Of a stretch of 64,000 nt of DNA, positions 39,087 to 48,270 are shown piece by piece. The stretch is from an uncultured Oscillospiraceae bacterium. GTDB lineage: Bacteria > Bacillota > Clostridia > Oscillospirales > Acutalibacteraceae. Position 1 is the stretch's first letter; each line of letters starts with the position of its first letter. Where the stretch lies: NCBI GenBank assembly GCA_900540275.1, contig UQFO01000006.1:34835-98834 (forward strand), read 5' to 3'. The notes beneath the pieces are model-generated. The model was given only the letters and a program-made list of their open reading frames with translations. It searched no databases and was not told where the DNA came from. Position numbers and translations under genes: made by a program.

Positions 39087-42000
39087 ATGCTATCCTATTC
39101 AAAACCCGTGCAAACGGGCCATAAATCTTACATAAAAGTAATCTCTGTTATCTGTTCTTTTACTATTTTACTCTCTGTATTTGCGATTGGTATGACAGGC
39201 GTATCCGCCGCGTCGGGCAGTACGGTTAAAACGACGGCGGCGCTCAACCTGCGCAGCGGCGCGGGAACGTCGTATTCTTCGGTCTGCCTGATGGAGAAGG
39301 GCTGGACCGTTTCGCTTTTGGCGGACAGCTCGAAGGGCTTTATCAAGGCAAAAGCGCAAAACGGGAAGACGGGCTACTGCAGCACCGATTTTATTTCCGT
39401 AAAGGACGGACTTGACGGGATGAAGGTCACGGCAAGGACGACCGATTACCTCAATCTGCGCAGCGGTGCCGGGACAAGCTATTCCTCGCTCGAGGTACTC
39501 GGCGACGGAGTGGATACGACCGTGCTTGACAATACCGACAACGTGTGGATTAAGGTCAAGGCGAAAAGCGGCAAGACCGGCTATATTTCCAGGGATTATG
39601 CCACGGTAAACGTTACGCTGCCGAAGGATGAAGACGACGTGGGCGGCAGCGTCGACGACGAGCCCGCCAAATCGAATACGGCGCGTCCCGGCTGGTTTGA
39701 AAATTCAATAGCGGACAACATCGTTGGGGGGGATTCCTCCAATAACATATATAATGGCAGCTTATATCTGTCCGACACAGCGCTTTCCCTGGAAGAAGGG
39801 GACGGCAAAACCCTTACAGCGTTTCTTTCAAGCGCGGCAGGGGCGCAGGCGGCGGTCACGTGGAAAAGCTCGAACCCTTCCATTGTTTCCGTTACTTCCG
39901 CCGGGCAGCTCAAGGCGCTTTCAAAGGGCGTTTCAACCATTACGGCGACGCTTATGGGCTCAGGGAGGGCGGCTTCCTGCAAGGTGACGGTATCGGGACA
40001 AAAGACGCAGAGCGTCTCGCTTTCCCCAACGTCTGTCACACTGTCAAAAGGCAGCACAAAAATACTTCTGGCCTCGACAACGCCTGCAGGCGGCGCGGTG
40101 GGCTGGTCAACAAGCAATTCGTCGGTCGCCGCAGTCAATTCGGCAGGCCTTGTTACCGCAATTTCAGCGGGAACAGCGGTCATTACGGCGAAAGCCGCCG
40201 ATGGCGGCGGTGCGGAGGCTTCCTGCGTTGTGACGGTTACCAGCACAAAGTACGTGCAGAACATCGAGCTCAATACCTATGCGATAAAATGGCCGGTTGG
40301 CAGAACAGGAAGCTATAAGCCTTCCGTATCGCCTGCCGACGCGACGAATAAAAATTTAACGTGGAAATCGAGCAACACTTCCGTTGCGGCAGTTTCCTCC
40401 GCGGGCCTGTTAACAGCGGTTGGCCCCGGCACGGCGACAATTACTTGTACGGCTGCCGACGGCGGCGGGGCAAAGGCTTCCTGCCAGGTGACGGTTTACC
40501 AGCCGGTTACGTCGATTACGCTCGACAGCTCGAGCCTGAACTGGAGCGTTGGGAAAACAGGCACCCTGAAGGCGTCTGTCTCCCCAAGCAGCGCGACGAA
40601 TAAAAACGTAACATGGAAATCGAGCAACACAAGCGTCGCGACAGTGTCCTCCGCGGGTTTAGTAACAGCGGTTGGCTCCGGCACGGCGACGGTTACTTGT
40701 ACGGCGGCCGACGGCAGCGGCGTCTCGGCGAGCTGTACCGTCAAGGTCAGCGCGGACGCCATCAGCAGCATACTGCTTACCTCTACGGCCTCCTCCATTT
40801 ATACGGGGAACCATGCATACATCAATGCGGCCACCACGCCCGCCAATAAAACGGTCAATTATTCGAGCAGCAATACGTCAGTGGCCACCGTTACGCAAAG
40901 CGGTATTGTGACGGGCGTTTCCGCGGGCAAGGCGGTCATTACCGTCAAGGACCCGAAAAGCTCGGTGAAAAACACCTATACGATTACGGTCGTTTCCTCG
41001 TCAGGCGGCGTTTCACTTTCCAATACGACGGCCTCCGTTGCGGCGGATAAGACCTTCTATCTGAAAAGCTATACCTCAGGCACAAGCTTCAAGAGCAGCG
41101 ATACCTCAGTGGCGTCTGTCAGCTCAAAGGGCTTTGTTTACGCAAAAAAGGCAGGGGTTGCGATTATAACGGCCAGCGCCAACGGCAAAGTGAAAACGTG
41201 TGCGGTTACGGTTACAGCCGCGGCGCCCGTACGCTTTGCGTATACCTCCCCGAACTCCGCCGCGCTTGGCGATACCGTCTCCTTCTACGCGATTACAGAC
41301 AAAACGCGCGACGGAGCGAAATTTAATTTTACTGTCAACGGCAAGGATTATTCCGTTACGGCCACCAGTAAAACGACCGATTCCTCCGGCAGCCATTATA
41401 TCTGGAAGGGCTCCATGAAATTCAGCTCCTCCGGCACGTTCTCCGTTACGGCATATACGAGCAAAAACGGCGTATGGTCCACCTGTACGGACGGCAAAAC
41501 GTCGGTGTTCGTGTCAAATGTTGCGAGCGCGGGTACCGTATCGTTTAATGAACGGCGCGCAAGCGACGGGCTGCTGCGCCTCAATGCGGATTACGAGGGC
41601 TTTTTAGGCTCCGTGACGGACGACCCGCTCGTATCAGACGCGCCGACGCTCGGCTACGGGAAGGTCGTCACGGCGGGCGAGCAGTTCTATAACAATATCT
41701 CAAAGGACGAGGCATACGCTTATCTCGTCCAGACGATGAACGGTAGCTCCTACACGAACGCCGTAAATAATTTCATGCGGTCGAACAATGTAAAATTCAA
41801 CCAGCAGCAGTTTGACGCGCTGGTTATGATGGTGTATAATCTTGGAGCGGGCGTATTGGGCGATTCCGACGTCAAGCGCGTATTGCTCGACTGTGTGGAA
41901 TCCGGTTCCACCGCGCCGACAGGCTCGACAGCGTCTGTCAACTCGTCCGACGGGCTGATGCTGCGCACCGGGCCGGGTACTAGCTATAATATCATTACCG

Positions 42001-42317
42001 TAATGACCTATAATACGAAGGTTACGGTGGTTGAAAAAACGACAAGCAGCTGGTATAAGGTCAAGCTGTCCGACGGTACAACCGGTTACTGTGCGAGCGA
42101 ATACCTTACGTTTGCCTCTACCAGCGTGCGCAATTTAAACCTTGTAAACAAGAACGCGGTCATCGGCGAGCTGATTCAGTGGCATCACGCCGGAGGCCAG
42201 TGCGTCTGGGGGCTTTTGTACAGGCGCATCGACGAGCTTGAGGTTTTTTTCTACGGGGATTATATAAGGGACGGCTCGTCGAACAAATACAATATGGCAT
42301 ACCGCTGGAACTGCTGA
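39087..42317 (+). CDS. Large secreted cell-wall hydrolase: 2 SH3b + about 6 Big_2 Ig-like domains + GH24-type lysozyme interrupted by a third SH3b
   Basis: Signal/TM segment. SH3b signatures (ALNLRSGAGTSYS, YLNLRSGAGTSYS, LMLRTGPGTSYN). Repeated Big_2 units (TWKSSNxSVAxVSSAGLxTA). Lysozyme catalytic stretch YEGFLGSVTDDPLVSDAPTLGYG and C-terminal WHHAGGQCVWGLLYRRIDE. Confidence 0.85.
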   Translation: MLSYSKPVQTGHKSYIKVISVICSFTILLSVFAIGMTGVSAASGSTVKTTAALNLRSGAGTSYSSVCLMEKGWTVSLLADSSKGFIKAKAQNGKTGYCSTDFISVKDGLDGMKVTARTTDYLNLRSGAGTSYSSLEVLGDGVDTTVLDNTDNVWIKVKAKSGKTGYISRDYATVNVTLPKDEDDVGGSVDDEPAKSNTARPGWFENSIADNIVGGDSSNNIYNGSLYLSDTALSLEEGDGKTLTAFLSSAAGAQAAVTWKSSNPSIVSVTSAGQLKALSKGVSTITATLMGSGRAASCKVTVSGQKTQSVSLSPTSVTLSKGSTKILLASTTPAGGAVGWSTSNSSVAAVNSAGLVTAISAGTAVITAKAADGGGAEASCVVTVTSTKYVQNIELNTYAIKWPVGRTGSYKPSVSPADATNKNLTWKSSNTSVAAVSSAGLLTAVGPGTATITCTAADGGGAKASCQVTVYQPVTSITLDSSSLNWSVGKTGTLKASVSPSSATNKNVTWKSSNTSVATVSSAGLVTAVGSGTATVTCTAADGSGVSASCTVKVSADAISSILLTSTASSIYTGNHAYINAATTPANKTVNYSSSNTSVATVTQSGIVTGVSAGKAVITVKDPKSSVKNTYTITVVSSSGGVSLSNTTASVAADKTFYLKSYTSGTSFKSSDTSVASVSSKGFVYAKKAGVAIITASANGKVKTCAVTVTAAAPVRFAYTSPNSAALGDTVSFYAITDKTRDGAKFNFTVNGKDYSVTATSKTTDSSGSHYIWKGSMKFSSSGTFSVTAYTSKNGVWSTCTDGKTSVFVSNVASAGTVSFNERRASDGLLRLNADYEGFLGSVTDDPLVSDAPTLGYGKVVTAGEQFYNNISKDEAYAYLVQTMNGSSYTNAVNNFMRSNNVKFNQQQFDALVMMVYNLGAGVLGDSDVKRVLLDCVESGSTAPTGSTASVNSSDGLMLRTGPGTSYNIITVMTYNTKVTVVEKTTSSWYKVKLSDGTTGYCASEYLTFASTSVRNLNLVNKNAVIGELIQWHHAGGQCVWGLLYRRIDELEVFFYGDYIRDGSSNKYNMAYRWNC
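40255..40745 (+). repeat. Tandem repeat of about 243 bp encoding two adjacent, highly similar Big_2 domains
   Basis: 40340-40470 and 40583-40713 are near-identical at the DNA level (ACGAATAAAAA..ACNTGGAAATCGAGCAACAC...GGCACGGCGAC..TTACTTGTACGGC). Confidence 0.8.
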
Positions 42318-42368
42318 TTGCAGGCTTTTCCAGACAAATCCGAAACGCGGCTGACGGAGGATATTTCT

Positions 42369-43166
42369 GTGCGAAACCATGTAGTGGACAACTATGAGAA
42401 TTACCGGGAAGAAGACAGGCTGACCACGAACCACGCCAGAAAAATTGAATTTATTACGACGGCCCGCATTTTAGATGAACACCTGAACGGGAATATGAAG
42501 ATATTGGATTGTGCCGCGGGTACGGGAATTTATTCGTTTTACCTGGCTGATAAAGGGCATCAGGTCACCGCGACCGATATCACGCCCAGGCATATAGACA
42601 TAATAGATAAAACCTTAAAAGAGAAAGCATACCAAATGCGGACGGCTGTTTTAGACGCGGCAGATATGCATATCTTTGCAGATGAATCGTTCGACGCCGT
42701 GCTGAATATGGGTCCGTTTTACCATTTAATATCAAAAGAGCAGCGGGACAGGTGCATGTCCGAATCCCTGCGGGTACTGAAAAAGGGCGGCCTTTTGTTT
42801 ACCGCGTATATACCGCGCTATTATGTTTTTCAGTTTGCCGCTATGTCTGACAGCAAATATTTAGACAAACGGCTCGCGGAGCAAATTGTCGGAACAGGTG
42901 TTTTAACGCATGACGACGAGAAATGCTTCTGGACGGATACATATTATTCGACCGCAGCTGAAATGGAGCGTATGTATTCACAGTATAACGTAGAGGTAAC
43001 CGACCATTTTGCCCAGGACGGGCTTACGCCGTTATTTGCCGGCAAAGCTGATAGCTGGACGGAAGACGAATTCAAGACCTGGTGCGGTTATCATTACAGC
43101 GTATGCAGGGAACAATCTGTACTGGGCGCCAGCAACCATGTAATCATTGCGGGAAAAAAATTATAA
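42369..43166 (+). CDS. Class I SAM-dependent methyltransferase
   Basis: Motif I ILDCAAGTGIYS. GTG at 42369 lies 8 nt after GGAGG. The listed ORF opens at 42318 directly after the preceding stop. Confidence 0.75.
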   Translation: MRNHVVDNYENYREEDRLTTNHARKIEFITTARILDEHLNGNMKILDCAAGTGIYSFYLADKGHQVTATDITPRHIDIIDKTLKEKAYQMRTAVLDAADMHIFADESFDAVLNMGPFYHLISKEQRDRCMSESLRVLKKGGLLFTAYIPRYYVFQFAAMSDSKYLDKRLAEQIVGTGVLTHDDEKCFWTDTYYSTAAEMERMYSQYNVEVTDHFAQDGLTPLFAGKADSWTEDEFKTWCGYHYSVCREQSVLGASNHVIIAGKKL

Positions 43167-43270
43167 TGCGAAAGCTAATTTCGCTCAATAATTCATATTT
43201 ATCAGCAAACCGGCCGAGAGTCCGGCGAAAGCCGTGCTTTCGGCCGCGTTTTGCGCAGGGAGGATTTTTC

Positions 43271-44077
43271 ATGAAAAAGCAAATCGGTTTTATCGGCGCC
43301 GGGAATATGGCGACCGCAATCATCAACGGCATGATTAAGAACGGGGCGTTCTCGCCGTCAGACATCCATGTGTTCGATATTGACAACGGCAAGCTTAACG
43401 CCATGGCGGACAAGGGCGTCAGGGTACACGACAGCGCCCGGCGCATTGTAGAGGCCTGCGGGATAATCGTCCTTGCCGTCAAGCCGCAGAATTATAAGGA
43501 CGTGCTCACGCCTCTGCGCGCTGACATTACAGAAGAAAAGGTGTTCGTATCCATTGCAGCAGGGATTTCTATCGATTTTGTAAGGAAAGCCCTGTGCTGT
43601 GACTGCCCGTGTGTGCGCGTCATGCCGAATACGCCGCTTCTTCTGGGGCTGGGCGCGTCGGCGCTCTGCCCGTCTGAAAATATCAGCGACGAGGACTTTC
43701 AAACCGTATACAATATGTTTGCGCTTTCCGGCGTGTGTGAAATCCTGCCCGAAAGCCAGATGAATACCATCATCGCGGTAAACGGCAGCAGCCCCGCGTA
43801 TGTATACCTGTTTGCAAAGGCAATGGCAGATTACGCAAAGGAGCAGGGCATCGACGAAGAGGCGGCCATGCGCCTGATTTGCCAGACGCTCCAGGGAAGC
43901 GCGCAGATGCTGCTCGATTCGGGCGATACGCCGGACGTGCTTATTAAAAAGGTATCTTCCCCGGGCGGCACTACGCTCGAGGCGCTCAAGACGCTTGAGC
44001 AGAACCATTTTTATGAAGCAATCAAAGAGGCAATGGCAAGCTGTACCCGCCGCGCTGAGGAAGTAGGTCAGAATTAA
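43271..44077 (+). CDS. proC: Pyrroline-5-carboxylate reductase
   Basis: IGFIGAGNMATAII Rossmann motif and C-terminal SPGGTTLEAL motif. The ATG at 43271 follows GGGAGGA. Confidence 0.92.
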   Translation: MKKQIGFIGAGNMATAIINGMIKNGAFSPSDIHVFDIDNGKLNAMADKGVRVHDSARRIVEACGIIVLAVKPQNYKDVLTPLRADITEEKVFVSIAAGISIDFVRKALCCDCPCVRVMPNTPLLLGLGASALCPSENISDEDFQTVYNMFALSGVCEILPESQMNTIIAVNGSSPAYVYLFAKAMADYAKEQGIDEEAAMRLICQTLQGSAQMLLDSGDTPDVLIKKVSSPGGTTLEALKTLEQNHFYEAIKEAMASCTRRAEEVGQN

Positions 44078-44147
44078 AAAATCCATCTGCGGTATTCTAT
44101 GTATGGGACGTTAATTCCAAGAGGAATTCGGGAGTGAATTTGCGAAT

Positions 44148-44324
44148 ATGGATAAGAAGATTAAAATAACAGGAACTGATATAGGCATAATATGCTCGGT
44201 ATTAGGGTGCGCAGCAAGTGCCGTTGTAATTGTACTGGAAGAGAATAAATCGATTGGCGCCATACTTTTGCTTTGTTGTATTGCGAGTTTGATTTCTCAG
44301 TTTGTACTTAAAAAACGGAAGTAA
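44148..44324 (+). CDS. Possible small two-TM membrane protein (58 aa), below the ORF-track cutoff
   Basis: MDKKIKITGTDIGIICSVLGCAASAVVIVLEENKSIGAILLLCCIASLISQFVLKKRK. The RBS is weak or distant (GGGAG 13 nt upstream). The stretch is locally AT-richer. Confidence 0.3.
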   Translation: MDKKIKITGTDIGIICSVLGCAASAVVIVLEENKSIGAILLLCCIASLISQFVLKKRK

Positions 44325-44449
44325 AAAATCATCAAAGAACCGGACGCCCGGGCAAAGTGCTGACCGGACAGCAGCGAGGGCATAATTTGTCCCTCCCGTT
44401 CATATATTCCTGTATGACAAAAGACGTTGACAGGAACGGGAGTGCTGCT

Positions 44450-45103
44450 ATGAAGGGTGTTGTTTTATCTATCCCGAACGCGGGAATCAAAAAGACGGAT
44501 GTGACGTACTATCTCAAACGCTATGGCGTGCTCATTTTTTTGGGACTTGCCTTGGTAATTGGGATGGTATTCGGGTCCTTAAGCGCCGGGCAGGCGGACG
44601 AACAGATGGTTAAAAGCCTTGATTTCCTGTTCATCACGAATTTTAAGGCAAGGCTTGAACAGACGCTTTTCCTCACCTTCGCCGCGTCGCTTACCTCTTA
44701 CTTTATCTTTTACCTCATACAATTTTTGTTGGGGCTTACAGCGTGGGGCACGGTTATCATGCCTATCGCCTCATTTTTCAAGGGCTTTGGAACGGGCTTA
44801 TGCGCGGGCTACCTTTGCGGCGCGTATGGGCTGCAGGGGCTTGGCTTTTACCTGCTGATGATGCTGCCCGGCGCGTTTTTGTCGTCGGTCGCGCTGCTGC
44901 TGCAGGGAAAAGAGGCGTTTTATTTTTCCAAGACGATTCTTTACACGCTGCTGCCCGACCGCCTGAAGGGCAAAAAGTACGCGCCGCCACAATTTGTGCA
45001 GTACCTGCTCAAAAGCAGCTATTTCCTTATTTTAACAGCAATGGCCGCGGGTGTGGACGTATTGCTTTCCATGTGCTTTTCCGGCATCTTTCATTTTACA
45101 TAA
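44450..45103 (+). CDS. spoIIM: Stage II sporulation protein M-like membrane protein
   Basis: SpoIIM/DUF95-like topology and a FKGFGTGLCAGYL block. The ATG at 44450 follows GGGAG. Confidence 0.6.
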   Translation: MKGVVLSIPNAGIKKTDVTYYLKRYGVLIFLGLALVIGMVFGSLSAGQADEQMVKSLDFLFITNFKARLEQTLFLTFAASLTSYFIFYLIQFLLGLTAWGTVIMPIASFFKGFGTGLCAGYLCGAYGLQGLGFYLLMMLPGAFLSSVALLLQGKEAFYFSKTILYTLLPDRLKGKKYAPPQFVQYLLKSSYFLILTAMAAGVDVLLSMCFSGIFHFT

Positions 45104-45191
45104 ATCCTGGACGGTTGTATCAGGGATAGTTTCCTTTTCTGGCGCGATATGTTAAAATAACAGGGAAGTTCAACGAAACGGAGAATTCTAA

Positions 45192-46148
45192 ATGGCCTTA
45201 ACCGATACAAAAACAACAGCCAGGCGCAGTTTAGGCGAGCTGTTTGCCTGCCTGTTCAAAAAATACCCGAAGCTGCTCATCGCAAACCTGCTGTTTGCGG
45301 TTCCGCTTGCCGTGTCCGCGCTGATTGTGTGGCTGATTGGCGCGTATGTCATGCCGCTCAACATTTTTTTCCAGCTATTGCCGCTGCTTATCTGTATGCC
45401 GTTTTACGCGGGCGTCACGCAGGTCACACGGGAGCTGGTGCGCGGCAAGAAGATAAAGCCCTTTGAGACCTTTATGAAGGGGCTGAAAAACAATTTCCGG
45501 CAGTTCTTGATTCACGGCGTGATTATGTACCTGGCTGTTTTGATTGATTATTTTTCCATCGTGTTCTATTACGCGGCGGCAAAGACCAACGGGATGTTTT
45601 ATTTCCTGTTCGGGTTCTGCCTGGTTGTCATGCTGTTTTTGGTGTTCCTGTTTTTCTATGTGCCGCTCATTACGGTCACGATTGACCAGAAGATGCGCCA
45701 TATTTACAAAAACGCGGCGCTTATGGCAATCTGGGAGCTTCCGGCAAACCTGTGCGCTCTGCTGGGAATCGTCGTTCTGACAGCCGTTATCAGTACAATT
45801 TTTATGCTCACGGGCAGCTACACCGCCAACCTTATCATCGCGGGCGTGCTTGCCGTTTTGGTTGTTCCGGCGTATGTCTCGACGATTATCAACTATTTTG
45901 CTTTCCCGAAAATTGAAAAGGTCCTGATTTTAGGGCAAAAGGAAGCGGAAAAGGGCAAAGAGCACGACGAAAGGGAAGCGCCCTCCCAGTCGCTTGAGGA
46001 TGCGCTCGAAGACGACCCGGAGGCGGAAAGCTTACTTCGGGAGAAGGCGAAGGGGAGCGAGGAATATGTGTTCCACAACGGGCGCATGATTAAGCGCTCC
46101 CTGCTCGAAGAGTACTACGCGGGCGAGGCGGAGCAGGACGACGAATAA
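45192..46148 (+). CDS. Polytopic membrane protein (YesL/DUF624-like) with an acidic C-terminal tail
   Basis: Five or six TM helices, followed by the tail KEAEKGKEHDEREAPSQSLEDALEDDPEAE. Confidence 0.45.
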   Translation: MALTDTKTTARRSLGELFACLFKKYPKLLIANLLFAVPLAVSALIVWLIGAYVMPLNIFFQLLPLLICMPFYAGVTQVTRELVRGKKIKPFETFMKGLKNNFRQFLIHGVIMYLAVLIDYFSIVFYYAAAKTNGMFYFLFGFCLVVMLFLVFLFFYVPLITVTIDQKMRHIYKNAALMAIWELPANLCALLGIVVLTAVISTIFMLTGSYTANLIIAGVLAVLVVPAYVSTIINYFAFPKIEKVLILGQKEAEKGKEHDEREAPSQSLEDALEDDPEAESLLREKAKGSEEYVFHNGRMIKRSLLEEYYAGEAEQDDE

Positions 46149-46153
46149 CGATT

Positions 46154-46186
46154 GGAGCGGGCTTTACAATCCGCTCCTTTTTTGCG
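46154..46186 (+). terminator. Intrinsic terminator
   Basis: GGAGCGG-GCTTTACAAT-CCGCTCC followed by TTTTTT. Confidence 0.75.
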
Positions 46187-46190
46187 TATG

Positions 46191-46433
46191 TCAGCCTTCC
46201 CGTGCCTTTATACCGCAATGGAGGAGCCGCGTTCCGAGCGTTAATACATCCTGCGTGTGCTGGGCTAAATAATCCTCCAGCCTTTGCTTGTATTCTTCGG
46301 TAACGGCCGGGGAGTAGAGCGCGTCCTCCTTTTTCTCCTCTTCTGCAAATTGTTCGATTGCGTATGCGTCGCTCAACAGGTCAATCAGCGTCAGGCGGAA
46401 TTCCTCATGGATTTCATTCGTGTTATTACGCAT
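46191..46433 (-). CDS. Small acidic helical protein (80 aa), unknown function
   Basis: The ATG at 46433 lies 9 nt after AAGAGG. Divergent from the HTH gene. Confidence 0.45.
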   Translation of the reverse strand: MRNNTNEIHEEFRLTLIDLLSDAYAIEQFAEEEKKEDALYSPAVTEEYKQRLEDYLAQHTQDVLTLGTRLLHCGIKAREG

Positions 46434-46453
46434 AAGTATCATCCTCTTGAAAA

Positions 46454-46491
46454 TAAATTTTAACCTTATAGAGTTAAATTTTAACCTTATA
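46454..46491. promoter_or_regulatory. Two perfect 17-bp direct repeats (candidate operator) in a divergent promoter region
   Basis: TAAATTTTAACCTTATA at 46454-46470 and again at 46475-46491, spaced 21 bp start to start. Confidence 0.5.
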
Positions 46492-46585
46492 AGGGTTTTT
46501 TGTCAAGAAGTTTCTAACTCTTTATTGATATTTTTTCACTTTGCAGGTATATTTTTAATTATTAAAGAGTGAGTGAAGGATTTTT

Positions 46586-46813
46586 ATGATAAAAAACTAT
46601 ATAAGACACCGTATGGCAGATAAGCAAATTTGTGATATTACTCAGTTAATAGAACTATCAGGAGTAAGTAGAAACTCAATTAACAAGTTATACCGTAACG
46701 TAAACGTTGAATCGTTAAAGATAGAGACGTTAATGCGTTTATGTGACGCTTTGGGTTGCAATTTATCAGATTTAGTTGAATACCAACCGAAAAAATCTAA
46801 TAAACAAAAATAA
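46586..46813 (+). CDS. XRE/Cro-type helix-turn-helix transcriptional regulator (75 aa)
   Basis: HTH core ITQLIELSGVSRNSINKLYRN. GAAGGA RBS. AT-rich codon usage. Confidence 0.8.
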   Translation: MIKNYIRHRMADKQICDITQLIELSGVSRNSINKLYRNVNVESLKIETLMRLCDALGCNLSDLVEYQPKKSNKQK

Positions 46814-46845
46814 AGGCGGCGCTTATGCGCCGCCTTTATTTTTAC
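46812..46845 (+). terminator. Intrinsic terminator after the HTH gene
   Basis: AAAGGCGGCGC-TTAT-GCGCCGCCTTT followed by ATTTTT. Confidence 0.8.
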
Positions 46846-46852
46846 AAACATT

Positions 46853-47157
46853 CTGTTTCTTGGATTTCTTCATAAAACTTTCTATGTTCAATCAAAAGGG
46901 AAAAACAATCCGCTGTTTTTCCCTTTTGTAAACCCTTTTCGTCGGTACAAGGGAACCCTTTCGATGGGTTCCCTTACGGCTTACGGGCGGCGAAGCATCG
47001 CGCCGCCCTCCGCCTATCCCTCCACAGCCGATTCAAGGAGCAAAGCCCCTTGAAAATCCCCCTAAGAGGAAGCTGTCCGTTCCTCGTTTTATGCGCTGGA
47101 TGTAGAAAAGATAGTACGGGACGTTTCTGCGCCGCGCCTGCGCGCGGAGTTCTACGT
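46853..47157. repeat. Left arm (IR-L) of a long imperfect inverted repeat
   Basis: The reverse complement aligns with 48973-49236. The ends are near-identical (ACGTAGAACTCCGCGCGCAGGCGCGGCGC...; ...GAAAAGGGTTT.CAAAAGGGAAAAACAG....TTGTTTTTCCCTTTTGATTGAACATAGAAAGTTTTATGAA). The middle is diverged and carries an extra insert of about 45 nt. Confidence 0.85.
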
Positions 47158-47237
47158 TGGATAGTGCTTTTTTGGCGTGCGTAATACTCTTACTATGTTA
47201 TTGTGAAAAGGCAGGGTGGCGGTATTCTTTGTCCGGC

Positions 47238-47597
47238 TCAAGCATCAGGGGAAGAACAGCAGTATTTCAGCGCGTCCGTTATATAACAATATCCGCTGCC
47301 GGCAATTTCATCAGCATGCGTGTCTCCGGCACACCGCGCAATACACGATAAAACAAACTGGCTGAAAAGAAAATCTGCTTCCTTCTTACTCGCAAATGGA
47401 TTGAATTCCAGAAAAATTGAAAAGCTGCTGGCGGCAAAGCCAATGTATTCAAGAAACCTGTCATGAAAAGTAAAGGGATATTCATTTTGATATGGCGGTT
47501 CTTCCCTTTGCTCTTCCTGTTTCCTTTTGCTCCCCGCCTCTGGACAAATATGCTGTTCCAGCAGCTTGAACAGCGCGTTTAAATCTTCATCTTTCAT
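47238..47597 (-). CDS. Hypothetical protein (119 aa)
   Basis: AAAGGAGA RBS 5-6 nt before the ATG. No recognisable motifs. Confidence 0.5.
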   Translation of the reverse strand: MKDEDLNALFKLLEQHICPEAGSKRKQEEQREEPPYQNEYPFTFHDRFLEYIGFAASSFSIFLEFNPFASKKEADFLFSQFVLSCIARCAGDTHADEIAGSGYCYITDALKYCCSSPDA

Positions 47598-47642
47598 TTT
47601 GTTCTCCTTTTGCAGCGTTTTTTAAAAACAGGGGTCTTGCCA

Positions 47643-47942
47643 TTATGTAATGTCCTGAACCGCGGCGGGACGTTCCGTAATGAGCATATCGAGCAAAAAA
47701 CGCGCGCCGAGCCGGAAACCCTCGATAAAGCGCTCGCGTTCCCCAAAATCGAGCAGGGCATTGCGCACGCCGCACATTGCGGTAAATAATTCCTTTTCTT
47801 CCTTGTGCTCTTCAAAAAAAGCAAAAAGCTTATGTTCATTTTCTGAGAAAATTTTCATGAATTTCGCGTAACTGGAATCGCGTTTGAATTCCTTTTCAAC
47901 CGGATTGATATTGCCGTAATAGAGCTCTTCGATGATATTCAT
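47643..47942 (-). CDS. Small helical protein with an N-terminal IEELYYGNINP motif, a family I recall from Firmicutes mobile elements
   Basis: Start chosen at MNIIEELYYGNINP (47942). The longer listed ORF runs into a promoter region. Confidence 0.5.
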   Translation of the reverse strand: MNIIEELYYGNINPVEKEFKRDSSYAKFMKIFSENEHKLFAFFEEHKEEKELFTAMCGVRNALLDFGERERFIEGFRLGARFLLDMLITERPAAVQDIT

Positions 47943-48019
47943 AAAATCTGTACAACCTTTCATGTTTATAAAATTCACCGCCACTTGAAAGGAAGACGCG
48001 CGCATGCTATAATATTTAC

Positions 48020-48101
48020 GCCGTCATTGCCCTGCAATGGCTGGTGAGGTTGGGACGCTGTGTTATCTTTTTCGAGGTGTGCACGGCGTTCCTTTATTTT
48101 T
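48020..48101 (+). ncRNA. Candidate antisense small RNA, copy 1 (about 80 nt), convergent with RHH gene A
   Basis: Promoter TTGAAA (47985-47990), 17-nt spacer, TGcTATAAT (-10 at 48008-48013). A 5' bulged hairpin at 48020-48041. Terminator stem 48052-48062/48082-48092 plus TTTATTTTT, which overlaps the RHH-A stop codon. Confidence 0.45.
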
Positions 48102-48270
48102 CGTCGTCCTTAAGTAAATTAAAAATCCCATTTCGGATTGCCTGAACCCTTGTTATCCCATGCTCTTTACAATAGGCAAGTAGCTTTTGATTTGTCGACT
48201 CATCCAGTCGGACTTTTACATCGACATTTAAAGGATTATGGGACTTTGGACGACCGGTACGTGGAGACAT
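48094..48270 (-). CDS. Ribbon-helix-helix (CopG-like) protein, copy A (58 aa), below the ORF-track cutoff
   Basis: MSPRTGRPKSHNPLNVDVKVRLDESTNQKLLAYCKEHGITRVQAIRNGIFNLLKDDEK. GAGGTG RBS. Paralog of copy B. Confidence 0.7.
   Translation of the reverse strand: MSPRTGRPKSHNPLNVDVKVRLDESTNQKLLAYCKEHGITRVQAIRNGIFNLLKDDEK

Noticed and set aside
43082-43270. Upstream extension of the proC ORF
   Set aside because: It overlaps the preceding methyltransferase gene and intergenic DNA. The conserved Rossmann N-terminus begins at the ATG at 43271, which has an RBS.
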